Of a DNA stretch of 64,000 bases, positions 36,901 through 57,315 are shown one piece after another. The DNA is taken from assembly GCA_965112735.1 (NCBI GenBank), contig OZ218962.1:558001-622000 (forward strand). Reading direction: 5' to 3'. The notes under the pieces were generated by a model that worked only from the letters and a program-made list of their open reading frames with translations, did not search any database and was not told where the DNA came from. Source of the stretch: Phaeosaccion multiseriatum (taxonomy: Eukaryota > Protista > Ochrophyta, other classes). The first letter of the stretch is position 1. Every line of letters begins with the position of its first letter. A program made the translations under genes and the position numbers.

Positions 36901-39900
36901 CCGTCAAGGCCAAGTGGAAATATAAGGGCCAAGAAAGGCAGAAGGCAAAGTCTCAGCCCCTCTCCACTACACCAGCAGCAGAGCAGCAACGCAGTGGAGG
37001 ACCAGAGCAATAGAGCAGCAAAGCGACAGAGAAGCGGAACAACATACAAGTCGAGCAGCAGAGCAGCGAAAAAGCGAGCAAAAGACAGCAGACAAGCAGA
37101 GCAGCACAGGGCAGCAAACACCCATTCTCCCCTGCAAAAGCTTACCTTCACAATGTCCTCCCGGCTCAGAATCTCGCTGTCGAGCAAGCTGGGCACGCCT
37201 CCCAACTTGGTGAGGGAGAACAGGACGCAGAGCCCCTCGCTCGAGCACAGCTGGAGCACGCTTGTCTTGCCAGGGGACACACCCCTCTGCAGAGGAGCGT
37301 ATGCCTCACGATCAAAACCAAGGAAGAGCTGCCGGCCCTCGACTAACACGCGCTTTGCATCGTCAAGCAAAGCGTGGACTGCCTCGTGGACCTTCTCCTC
37401 AGTGTCCACAAACATGGTTTTGCCCCCCCCTGCCTCAAAGTTGATGACTTCAAGAGCATCGGTGGCAGCAGCGTCAGCGTCCTCGAAGGGGAGGCGCTGC
37501 CTCAGCAAGCGAGCATCCCGCATGTTGTCAATAGTGGCCACCTCAACCTTCGGCCGACCCTCTGCCGCCTTGCGAAACGCCTCAAGAGCTCGGGTGCATG
37601 CTGGGTCATTGTAGCTGCCCGAGTCGACGTTCACGCTAAGAATTGGAGCATTCATCTCTGCAGAGAAGATGGTAAGTCGGATGTTGGCGAACCGCACACC
37701 CTCAAACTCGAGGGACTTGAACACCTTGAAAGAGTGATCCAGCTGAACATCGGCAAAGCACACGGCAATGGAGGGCGGGGAAGAGTGGAAAATGGGGTGA
37801 GGGCACGCAAGAGTGAAGGCCTCAGCAATGGTACACATCAGCAGGCAGCATCCTCTGACTCTAGCTACGAGACTGATGAGCCCTTCTTGCTCCTGACCTG
37901 CAGCATGCGCCCCCAGATCGTCTGTTGCCTGAAGAGCAGCTGCCACTCCTTTCCACGCGCACACTTTTGAAGTAAAAACCTGCGCAATGCTCCAAAGCCT
38001 GGGACATCGATGCCCACACTATCAGCAGTTATCGACTGTTGCTGCGGTTGTTGTTGTTGTTGCTGCTGCTGCTGCTGCTGCCCCGTACTGCTGCTGCTGC
38101 TGTTGCTGCTACCGACGCCTGCTGCTGCTGCCCCCCGCTGGTGCTGCCCCTGCCCCGTGCTGCTGCTGCTGCCGCGCATCCAAGCATCGAGTGTGCTCGA
38201 CGCTGCCCCGCTTCCCTGCGACACGCCATTGCTTTTGTGTTTCTGCTTCGGCCGCTTGGCCTCACCACGCCGCTTGAGTCGACCCTCTGGAGAATAGAAT
38301 GCGGCAGACCCTAGATACTGTAGCTGCATTAGGCTCAGGGAATGCGACTCCAGTTCCTTAAACAGTTTCTCTGTGTCACCGATGCTGCCAGTTGATGTAC
38401 CGTTTCGCACGAGAAGCAGGGCCGCTGAGGTTGTAAGGGCCGTGTTGCCTGGTCCTACCTCAACGGGCAGCTCTGCAGTCACCCACTGGAAGCGTAAGTT
38501 CTCCTTGTACGCTGTGGTCACGCGTGGGTCGTAGGAGTAGAAGGAGGTCGAGTACTCGCTAATGGCTTTCTTCTGAGCGGCAAGCTGGACGGGTGGGGAC
38601 AAGGAAGGAGGGCGAAGTGAGGAAAGGACAAGGGAAGAAGAGAGGCGAGGCGTCTTCATCCAAAGCCGCAGAGAGTAGCGCAAATGAGACACAACCGAAG
38701 CACACGAACCTGCTCTTGTGACGTTTCCTTCTTCTTCTCCGCCTCCTTGTACTCAGCTTTCATCCGTTTCTTCTCCTCCAATCGCACTGCACACAGATGC
38801 CTTGTCCCCACCATGACAAAGTTGTTCTCCAGGCTGGTGACATGCACAGCCCGCTGCGCTGCCGTCCATCCTTTAGCGTGTACACACTCTGTCGAGGCAT
38901 GCCATGCGCAAAAAGGCTGCTGATGGTCCTCTCCAAGGTTGTGGAAGATGTGGGGGGCCCAGACAAACACGTCACGTTGGGCGTACCCTCCCACTTGAGA
39001 CTGGCGGCTTGCCGTCGGGGCCCTGAAGTAGGGAGATCCCCAAGTAGACAACCCTTTCTCTGGATCCTTTGCCGCCTGGAGTGCTACCTTGATGAACTCA
39101 GTCTGCGCTGGTGGTCTATTCTTCGTCCCAAACCCTCCCCTACCACAACCGCCCCCCTCCTCGCCCGTATTACCATCATCCTCGTCCTCATCCTCGTCGT
39201 TCTCACCCCTGTTAGCACAACAAAAGATGTAGAAAGGGGGCGAGAACAACAGGGGCAAGAAAGTGTGTCAAGGTAGATGTAGAAAGGGGGCGAGAACAAC
39301 AGGGGCAAGAAAGTGTGTCAAGGTATGTACAGAAAGGGCGGCGAAGAGGCGATAATTGAGAACGTACCGCTTAGACGTGCGACCAAGGGGCGGCGAAGAA
39401 AACCCTACGAAGTGGTCACCACTTGCACCATCTACCCTGTCTGCGCTCGAAGACATGTCACAGCCCTTCTTCTTCCTCTCCTCCATCTCCTTCTTTCGCT
39501 TCTCTTCCTGCTCCGCTGGGAGCAGGAAATCCTCATCAATTCCTTTTATAGCTGCACTAATCAACCGCTTCTTCTCGCTTATATCCTTCGAGGGCCGGCC
39601 TCGTCCTCCTCCAGTTTTGTAAGCATCTTCTAAAGTCGCCTTCTGGTTGAGCAAGTCCTGCCTTGCTGCCTGCAATTGTTTCCGCCTCTCCTCTTGTGCT
39701 GCGGCGATTGTTGCAAGCTCAGCCTCCACTCTCGCCTGAGTGCCAGTTTTCGAAGCGGTCGCTGGTTGTGCCGCCGCAGCGGCTGCATCTGCCAGAGCAC
39801 CGGCTTGCGTCCAAGTCTCGTCGTCCCAATCACTGGCACTGTCATTGTCGTCGTGCGCTCGCTCCTGCGGCCTTTCCACTGATATCCGAAGAGCCCTGTG

Positions 39901-39927
39901 CACCAGAAATCTCTTCAGGACTGTCAC
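33614..39927 (-). CDS. Multi-exon DDE transposase with embedded DEDDy 3'-5' exonuclease and R3H-like domain (~1780 aa; one frameshift)
   Basis: Exons ~39927-39368, 39208-38710, 38584-37898, 37742-37146, 36847-35819, 35704-35497 and 35368-33614. All introns are GT..AG and phase-consistent except for one extra A at ~35997. Motifs in order: FVWAPH..C..H..C...GW..R.V, LDHSFK, TIDN, GFDRE/GDV/YAANDA, DIYH, CLRQSSALEGYH. The start codon is uncertain. Confidence 0.8.
39225..39324. repeat. 50-bp exact tandem duplication in transposase intron 1
   Basis: AGATGTAGAAAGGGGGCGAGAACAACAGGGGCAAGAAAGTGTGTCAAGGT occurs twice. Confidence 0.9.
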
Positions 39928-41863
39928 AAAGGTGGTGCTGTTCCATCCTTTTGTGCTGCCCCGCTACAGCTTCTGCATTCTTCTCCATTTGCTGCTGCTA
40001 GTGGTGTCATGGTTTGAAATGTTTGATATGTACCTCTCTTTGCTTGACTGCTGCTGCTACTACCAGCCCTGCCACCTTCCTGCCATGAGAAATCCTTCAC
40101 TAAGCCATTACTACTGCTGGAATGTAGCAGTTGTGGTTATTTAAGCAGCGTTGACCTCCTTAGAGGAGGGGGAAGGAGGGGGGGGAGCAGAAAAATATAG
40201 GAAAAAAGTCGCTCCACGGACCAAAAAAAAAGTAGTTTTCGAGCAGAGCGAGTTTACGAGTCGATCGTATCGAAAACGTATTTTCGGGAAACGGGGAGGA
40301 CTGACAGTTACAGCGTCATAGTCATGATATGGTTGAAGGCAAGGGTACGCCGCGTGACGCAAGGGGCCTAGCGGCCCGTCTGACACGTCAGACGCCCACC
40401 CCACCGGGGTATAGCAAGAATCTAGCATTCACTACTGTAAAAGAGGAGGCGACGCGAGGACGGCGTCGCAAGAGTTGTAGCAAGTGCCGAAGAGCTCAGC
40501 GCGGTGAGAAGGACAGCGAAGGGGCGGAGCAGCCCAGCAGTCAACCGCGCGAAGGAGACGGCAGCGACAGCAAAGTTTCCCCACCCGCCCGGCCCGGGGG
40601 GACGAGTGGGATTATCGGGAATCCAACGGGGTGGATGGGAGTAAGGGCGAGGCAGACGCGTCTGCCTGCCCTGCTTTGGCACCCCCTGGAAATCGCATTT
40701 ACCCCCCCTTACACAATATAAACAATTACAAGTATTAGCAGTTAGCCTGACCGAGCGAGAGAGCGTTCGAGGGGAAGGCATGGGTAGTACTAGGTGTCAG
40801 GACGGAGTGGACTGAAAATCGCTCCAGACCAAAAAAATCGATCCACGGACAGGTCGACACTACAGTGTATAAAAGTGCGCCTCTCCCGGGATCGGCTAAC
40901 ACTAAACTTATACTCACACTCCGATCTGTGGCGTCGTCGTGGCTCCAGCATCCTCAACAACACGGATTACTACGGAGCGCTTGTAGCCGCAATGCAGAGC
41001 GCAACCCACACTCTCATGATAATGACGCTCTGCTTTTCTGTGTTATCCATTGTACCCGCCGTCCTCAAACACACTCCCTAACCTTACTACCTTTTACGTG
41101 TGCGTGCGCGTGCGCCTCAGAACAATCGAGCTGCACCCCCCTCCTTTGGATCCGCTCCGCCCTACTTCTCTCATCTTACTCCGAGCTCATAAGCTCCAAT
41201 GTACACCTCCCCCCCTCTCCGTCCGCCTTCCTCCCTCCTCCCTCCTCAGTGTGCCTCACGGCGCTGCACTGCTAGACTCCGTTCCGATGGCAGCCACCGC
41301 GCCCTGAAAAGAGCACGCACCGCCTTCTTCTCACAGCTCGCGACGCTGGGTGCTCTCCCGCCACCACACTCACGCCCCTCAATCCGCTTGCTCATGACGT
41401 TTCGTCCTCGCTACACGTGCTTCTGCCCTCGCACCTCTCAGATACAGCCCTCTGCTTCAGCGCATTTCCTCGGCCACGCCCTCCCACGTCTCGCTCTGCA
41501 TGCCTCCGGGCCTCTCCAGCAGTGGCACCCCACTTTAGAGGCTCCCTCCCCCCCCCCCCTATTGATCCTCTGCAAAGCTGCTGCCGCCCCTCCCAAGCGA
41601 GAACTCGCACCCTGTCCCTGCCCCTGTCGCCGCTATACCGCTCTTCATGGCATGATTCGACGCCTTCTGCCCCTGCCCATGTTGTTCGTGCTGCTGCTGT
41701 TGTTTGTTGGTGTAGTTGTTGCTGATGCTGCTGCTGCCTCCCTTGCTACTGCTGCGGCTGCTGCTGCATCCCTGGCTGGGGCACCGCCCCATACCCTCCT
41801 GGCACAACAAGTAACCCTCCCCCCCTCCTCGCTCGCTTCGAGGCCATGATTGCTCTCCCATTT

Positions 41864-43509
41864 TCAATGCGTGTCTTGCTTCGCCCACCTGGAAGCGTCA
41901 TCGGCTCCGCGCATGCCTGCGGCCACTTCCAGCATGGTCTCGGAAGACACGCCCCTCTCCTGCGGCGGTAGGCCCCTCTCCTTGCCGAAGGTCAAGTCGC
42001 ACGTCCGCATAATGTCCGCAGGGCTTTGCGAGTCGAAGTACCGCTTGTCTGCCATCAGAAGACGATCACGGACCTCTTGCAGGACGTCACGCTCTCGAGC
42101 AGCAGTCAGAGCCTTGCCCACAGACGCCCCTGCGCAGAGAAGCTCGTACATCGCCCCTCCATGATTCTCGTATGCTGCGAAGAGGAGGGGAGTTCTTCCG
42201 ATGTCATCCTCGCTGTCCACCTCAGCCCGCACCCCGAGCAGGAGGTGCAGGGCGTGCCCATGTCCGCCCCTCGCGGCGTAGTGCAGAGCAGTAAGGCCGA
42301 GGTTGTCACGTCCATCCACGTCTGCCGCTGCCGATACGAGCTGACGCAGAACCTCACCGTGTCCCTTATCCGCTGCCACCATGAGAGCAGTACCCCCCTC
42401 CGCGTCATGTCGGTCCACGTCTGCCCCTGCTGAGATGAGCACACGTAATACCTCAGCGTGTCCACAGTGCGCTGCCGACAGGAGAGGTGTTATTCCCATA
42501 GCACTCACAGGATCAACTTCGGCACCAGCTGCGAGTAGTCGCCTCGCTATCTCTGCATTCCCTTGGTTGCTGGCCAAAAGAAGTGGTGAAGCTCCGTCGT
42601 TTCTCAGTTGGTTCACATCCGCGTTGCTGGCAAGAAGCAACTTCGCCACCTCCTCATGACCGTACTTCGACGCCAATAGCAGTGGTGTACTTCCGTCGTC
42701 GGTGGCCAAGTTCACATTCGCATTGGCCGCAAGAAGGAGCCTCACAACCCCCTCATAATTGGCCTGTGAAGCGAAGATCAGAGGTGTAGCTCCGTCGTTC
42801 CTCGCTCGATTCACATTGGCGCCCCCCGCGATCAAAGCCCTGACGACTTCTGTGTGCCCATAGGATGTAGCTGCAACCATGGCCGTCCCTGCGCCAAAAG
42901 GTTGATCCAAATCCGCACCGGCCTCGATCAGTATCTGCACGACGTTCAGATGGCCACATACGCAAGCCCCTATCAATGGTGTGCAATCGTCAGGAGTCAT
43001 CATCACTTTGTGGTTTGGAGATGCCCCTTCCCCCAATAGCAGCCCCACAACGTCTGCTCTACCCCCCAACGCCGCTACAGTCATTGGGTTGTACCCGTCA
43101 GCACATATCGCGGCGTCAAGGCAAGCCTTCCTTCCCCCCTCTTTAGCGACAAGGGCGCTCATGGCCAGTTTGACGTCCTTGATAGTCTTCCTCCCGAGGA
43201 TGGCGTCGTGGAGGCGCGTGGCCTTGTGTCGGCCGAGGGAGGAGAGAGCGAGGGGGGGCAAAAAGGGTGGAAAACAAGAGGGGTGGTGAGTCAATGCTCT
43301 TAATAGAGACCTTTGCCCTCCAGCGAAGATCAAGGGGAGACGAAGGGAGGTCGGCAACGCAAGTCACGGCGATGGGAAGGGGGGTGTGAGAAATATAACA
43401 TTTCCACCAAGGGAAGGCAACGCCGTTCAGCGTCGGACCACTTCGGCCCCGGAACAGAAGGCATGGCCATAAAGGAGCTTACCTCTCTGCTGAAGGTTGG
43501 GCTCTGCAT
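41864..43509 (-). CDS. Ankyrin-repeat protein copy 5 (intact, ~461 aa)
   Basis: Exon 1 43509-43483 (MQSPTFSRE|GTAAG), exon 2 43222-41864 (453 codons). Confidence 0.88.
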
Positions 43510-44339
43510 GATGGAGGCACCAGCCGCCCCGAGGCCGGGCGGGGGATGATCCACGAGCCGCCCTGTGGGGGAGAAGTGTTAGAAAGAGGAACGCTCTCCG
43601 CGCTCTTATAGAGAGCAGCAGGGCAAGAGGCAGATAGAGAGGGGGCCGCCCGGCCCGCCCTTGTATGTCAATTAACCGCCCTGGATGTCAGTAAATCCAC
43701 ATTTGGGCCCGGAGTGGGCTCAGGAAAAGAGGCATTACGCACGCTACAGAGCACCACAGGCGAAGATCTTCGGGAGATCGGAGGTATAGACAGAATTGTA
43801 GATGTTGAGCAGCTTAAAGTCTGATTGTTGCGTCTGTATAGAGCCATTTAGGAGGTGAAATGTGCTGATAGGTTGACGAGATCTTTGCCCTTGAACAAGG
43901 GAGACGCACAAGAGGTGATGATCTTAGGGCAACCTACGGATTGTGTAGTAAAATAGCCGATGAGAAGCCGGGAGTGCGGTCTTAAGAGACAGTGGGCCAA
44001 CATGTGGAGCTGAAGTGTCCGTTGCGTTGGCGGGAATTTGGGCCTCAAACAAGGGGGGAGTAGGGGAAGAGCGTGTGCGAGCAAGAGCCCATAAGGGATG
44101 AATGGCTTTGAGGATACTGCGGCCCACATGAGGAAGTCGACGTTGAGCAGCTAAGAGTGCGATTGTAGGTGCTGTGGAGCGGAAGGGGTGAGGCGAGATG
44201 GAAACACTGATGGCAGCAGTTTTCACCTCAAAAATGGTCAGGAGAGGGAGGAGTGTGTGCGACCAGCAGACCACGAGATGTAAAACCCTTGAGAACACTT
44301 GAGGGATAAATTGTCAGCCGAGTGCTGGGCAGTTCGAAG

Positions 44340-44755
44340 TGTCCTTTCAGGAGCTTCAGTGAAGCTGCACTCAAGGCCGTCCCCGTGCAAATCGTTTGAT
44401 CGAAATCAGCACCGGCCACCATCAGTATCTACACCACGCTCAAATCGCACCTCAAGAGTAATCGCTTTGAGGTTTGGAGATACCCCTTCCCCCAATAGAA
44501 GCTCCAAGATGTCCGCTCTACCCCGCATCGCCGCGGCTGTCATTGGGGTGTGCCCGTCGGCACAAATCGCGGCGTCAAGGCAAGCCTTCCTTCCCCCCTC
44601 TTTGGCGACAAGGGCGCTGATGGCTCGCTTGACATTCTTGATAGTGTTCCTCCCCGCGAATGGCGTTGTTGAGGCGCGTGGCCTTGGTTCGGCCGAGGAA
44701 GGAGAGAGCGAGGGGGGGTTGAAGAGCCGGAGCACCAGAGGGGCGGTGAGTCACC
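44340..44755 (-). pseudogene. Ankyrin gene copy 6, truncated remnant (intron 3' end plus first repeats)
   Basis: IKNVKRAISALVAKEGGRKACLDAAICADGHTPMTAAAMRGRADILELLLGEG, then frameshifts. Homology is lost at ~44340 and ~44755. Confidence 0.85.
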
Positions 44756-44819
44756 AACTGAAACTGGAAGTGTGCGCGAGTGTGTGTGTGTGTGTTACTC
44801 TCCCTCTGGGCCAGCGGGG

Positions 44820-45091
44820 TCAACCCTGCTACACTATCCGCTATCCGCTATCGCCGGCGCCAGCCGGCGCGCTATCCGCCCCCCCGGGGCCCGATAGCGC
44901 GCTATCGAGAATGCGGGCGATAGTGTATCAGGGGTTGAGTGTGTGTGTGTGTCTTGGGCCAGCGGGGTCAACCCCTGATACACTATATCCGCTATCCGCT
45001 ATCGCCGGCGCCAGCCGGCACGCTATCCGCTATCGGCTGGCGGCCGATAGCGTGCTATCGAGAATGTGGGCAACAGTGTATCAGGGGTTGA
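44820..45091. mobile_element. Two tandem copies of a ~120-bp MITE-like hairpin element (44820-44938 and 44968-45091)
   Basis: Terminal inverted repeats TCAACCCCTGATACACT...AGTGTATCAGGGGTTGA and internal GCTATC/GATAGC repeats. The second copy is flanked by the direct repeat AGCGGGG (44961-44967, 45092-45098). Confidence 0.7.
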
Positions 45092-45610
45092 AGCGGGGGG
45101 GGGCTGGACCTGCTCCGCGGTTGAGCCGGCCCAAGAAGGCGCGTTCACGCTCCGAGAGCCACATCTGGTGACTGCAGCTGACTATCCGGCGGAGTCGGGT
45201 CAGGACGTGGCCCTTGGTAGTAGATGAGCCGGTGCGGCCGGTGCGAGAGACGACGCGTTCCGCGAGGGCGTGCAAGAGGGACTGCGCCTGTGAGCCGAGT
45301 CGTCCGTGCGTCTCGATGGCGAAGGTCGTGAGGCGAACTCGCTCTGGGTCGTAGGTGTTAGCGTTGTGCCGCTCCTTGCAGGTCTCGCGGTGGGCTGCTG
45401 CCGCGCCCGGTCTGGTGTCCGTGTGAAGCGCATTCACAAGGCCGTCCTGGAAGTGTTGTTGATCAGGGAGAAGTCAATCATATGTGCTCGGTGGGCGTAG
45501 TCGGGGTCGCGTGCTCCGGAGAGGGCGCGCCGGGGGAGGGTGGCATCCATGCGGTAGGTGCGGGCGATGTTGTGCGGCGGTAGGAAGAGCTCCACTCAAG
45601 TCCCGCGAAG
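45092..45610 (-). mobile_element. Decayed 3' fragment of an RLE-endonuclease (CRE/NeSL-like) non-LTR retrotransposon
   Basis: PGAAAAHRETCKERHNANTYD..RLTTFAIETHGRLGSQAQSLLHALA is a typical RLE C-terminus. The frameshifted upstream sequence reads YRMDATL...HMIDFS. Confidence 0.75.
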
Positions 45611-46190
45611 CATGGAGGACCAATTGCCTCAATGAAGAGCCCAACACGAAACCAAGCAAAGTGGTAATACTTTCTCATGATTGTACTTGTATGCTTTTTT
45701 TTCCTTGTGCTGCTGACTAGGGTGCATGTGTGTATGCATGCGAGTCTCCCGCAACAAGGGGGACACCGGCCCAGCCGTTAGCGACCGCCAGACAAGCAGT
45801 GGTCCCCAGCCAAAGGCCGGTCCGAGGAGACAAGAAACACCCTGCTACCCTCTTTCCTCTCCTTCTACGTGTGTCAATTGCGCCCCAAGAGCGCCCCGGA
45901 TGTGCTGGCTGCTTTCGCGCCTGCTCTTCCCCATCCATCGACAGACTGTGGTCACAATGTAATCCACAGCTTCATGCCCCCCCCCCCCCCCTCCCCCCTC
46001 CCAGGCGAACATGCGAATCAATGCCCACCTCTCCACTGGGCCGGTGATTTACCCGTTCCCATATATGCACAGCAAAGCGTGGGAGCCGATTTCCCCCCCA
46101 CTTCAGCGCCCCCATACCTCACCCCTCCCCTCCTCCTACAACCCAAAATCAGTTGAAAAGCCCGTGTGGGCGTGTGGTCTGGCTTCCTCC

Positions 46191-56641
<10,451 letters not shown>

Positions 56642-57315
56642 TGTGATCACCTCCTCCAAAGAGGGAAAGAAAGATACGTAAAAAAAAAAAACTGACCACC
56701 CGAACCAGCGCCTCCACCGGCCAGCACCCTCTCCGGCCCAAGAAGGAGGGGGGGCTTCCAGATCTAGCGAAGCCTGAGCTTCACCGCCCTTTAATAAAGC
56801 TCTCTGCCATCAAACCCAAACCGCAGCTGGCCCAACCCCAAGCATGATTGGGTTTCCGGAACGAGTATGACAACAAGAGGGGGAGGGGCGGGTAAGTCAC
56901 AGATTTCTTCTTTGGGTTGGGGAACAATGGGCAAGTAACTCAGGCCCATCCCTGTGCCTCCCCGCCCCCCTCTCTTCTCTATGAGCCTCCTCCGTAAAGT
57001 AGAAGAGGAGGACGTGGAGAAGGGGCAGGAGCCAATCCCGGAAAAGGGGGAGGGAACGGGAACATTACATGGAGTTATAAAAGGGAGAAGTGATGAAGAA
57101 GAGGAGGCGGACAGAATTAGCCCCCGCACCAGACGGAGCTTCTCCTTTGGGAGGAGCAGCCATCGACTCGTCAAGAAGCAGCAACAGCCGGAGCAGGGTA
57201 TGATGTCCAGAGTAGTATTGGGCACCGCCCGCACTCGAGCAGTGGAGGGAGCCAAGAGGCTGCAAGAGCGGGAGGCGGCGTACGGCCGGCCCATCTGAGC
57301 GGGAGTGTGAGTCAA

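Larger units (their letters stand above)
33429..40887 (-). mobile_element. 7.46-kb DNA transposon with short TIRs and 8-bp TSD (Mutator-related DDE type; superfamily not firmly assignable)
   Basis: GGCGCACTTTTATAC at 33429-33443 and its complement at 40867-40881. GGGATCGG flanks both ends (33421-33428, 40888-40895). The paralogous empty site has a single GGGATCGG at 30455-30462 with both flanks contiguous. Confidence 0.92.

Noticed and set aside
36500-37400. Stand-alone host WRN/EXD exonuclease gene
   Set aside because: It shares exons and reading frame with the transposase motifs and lies inside the TIRs.
39225-39324. Direct repeats as a possible CRISPR array or LTR
   Set aside because: Two adjacent copies with no spacer, inside a eukaryotic intron; a simple tandem duplication.
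43660-44330. Lower-GC segment as a possible LTR or foreign insert
   Set aside because: No second copy, terminal motifs or coding signal visible in this window.
44299-45171. 290-aa plus-strand ORF
   Set aside because: It spans an antisense ankyrin remnant, a microsatellite and MITE copies; fortuitous.
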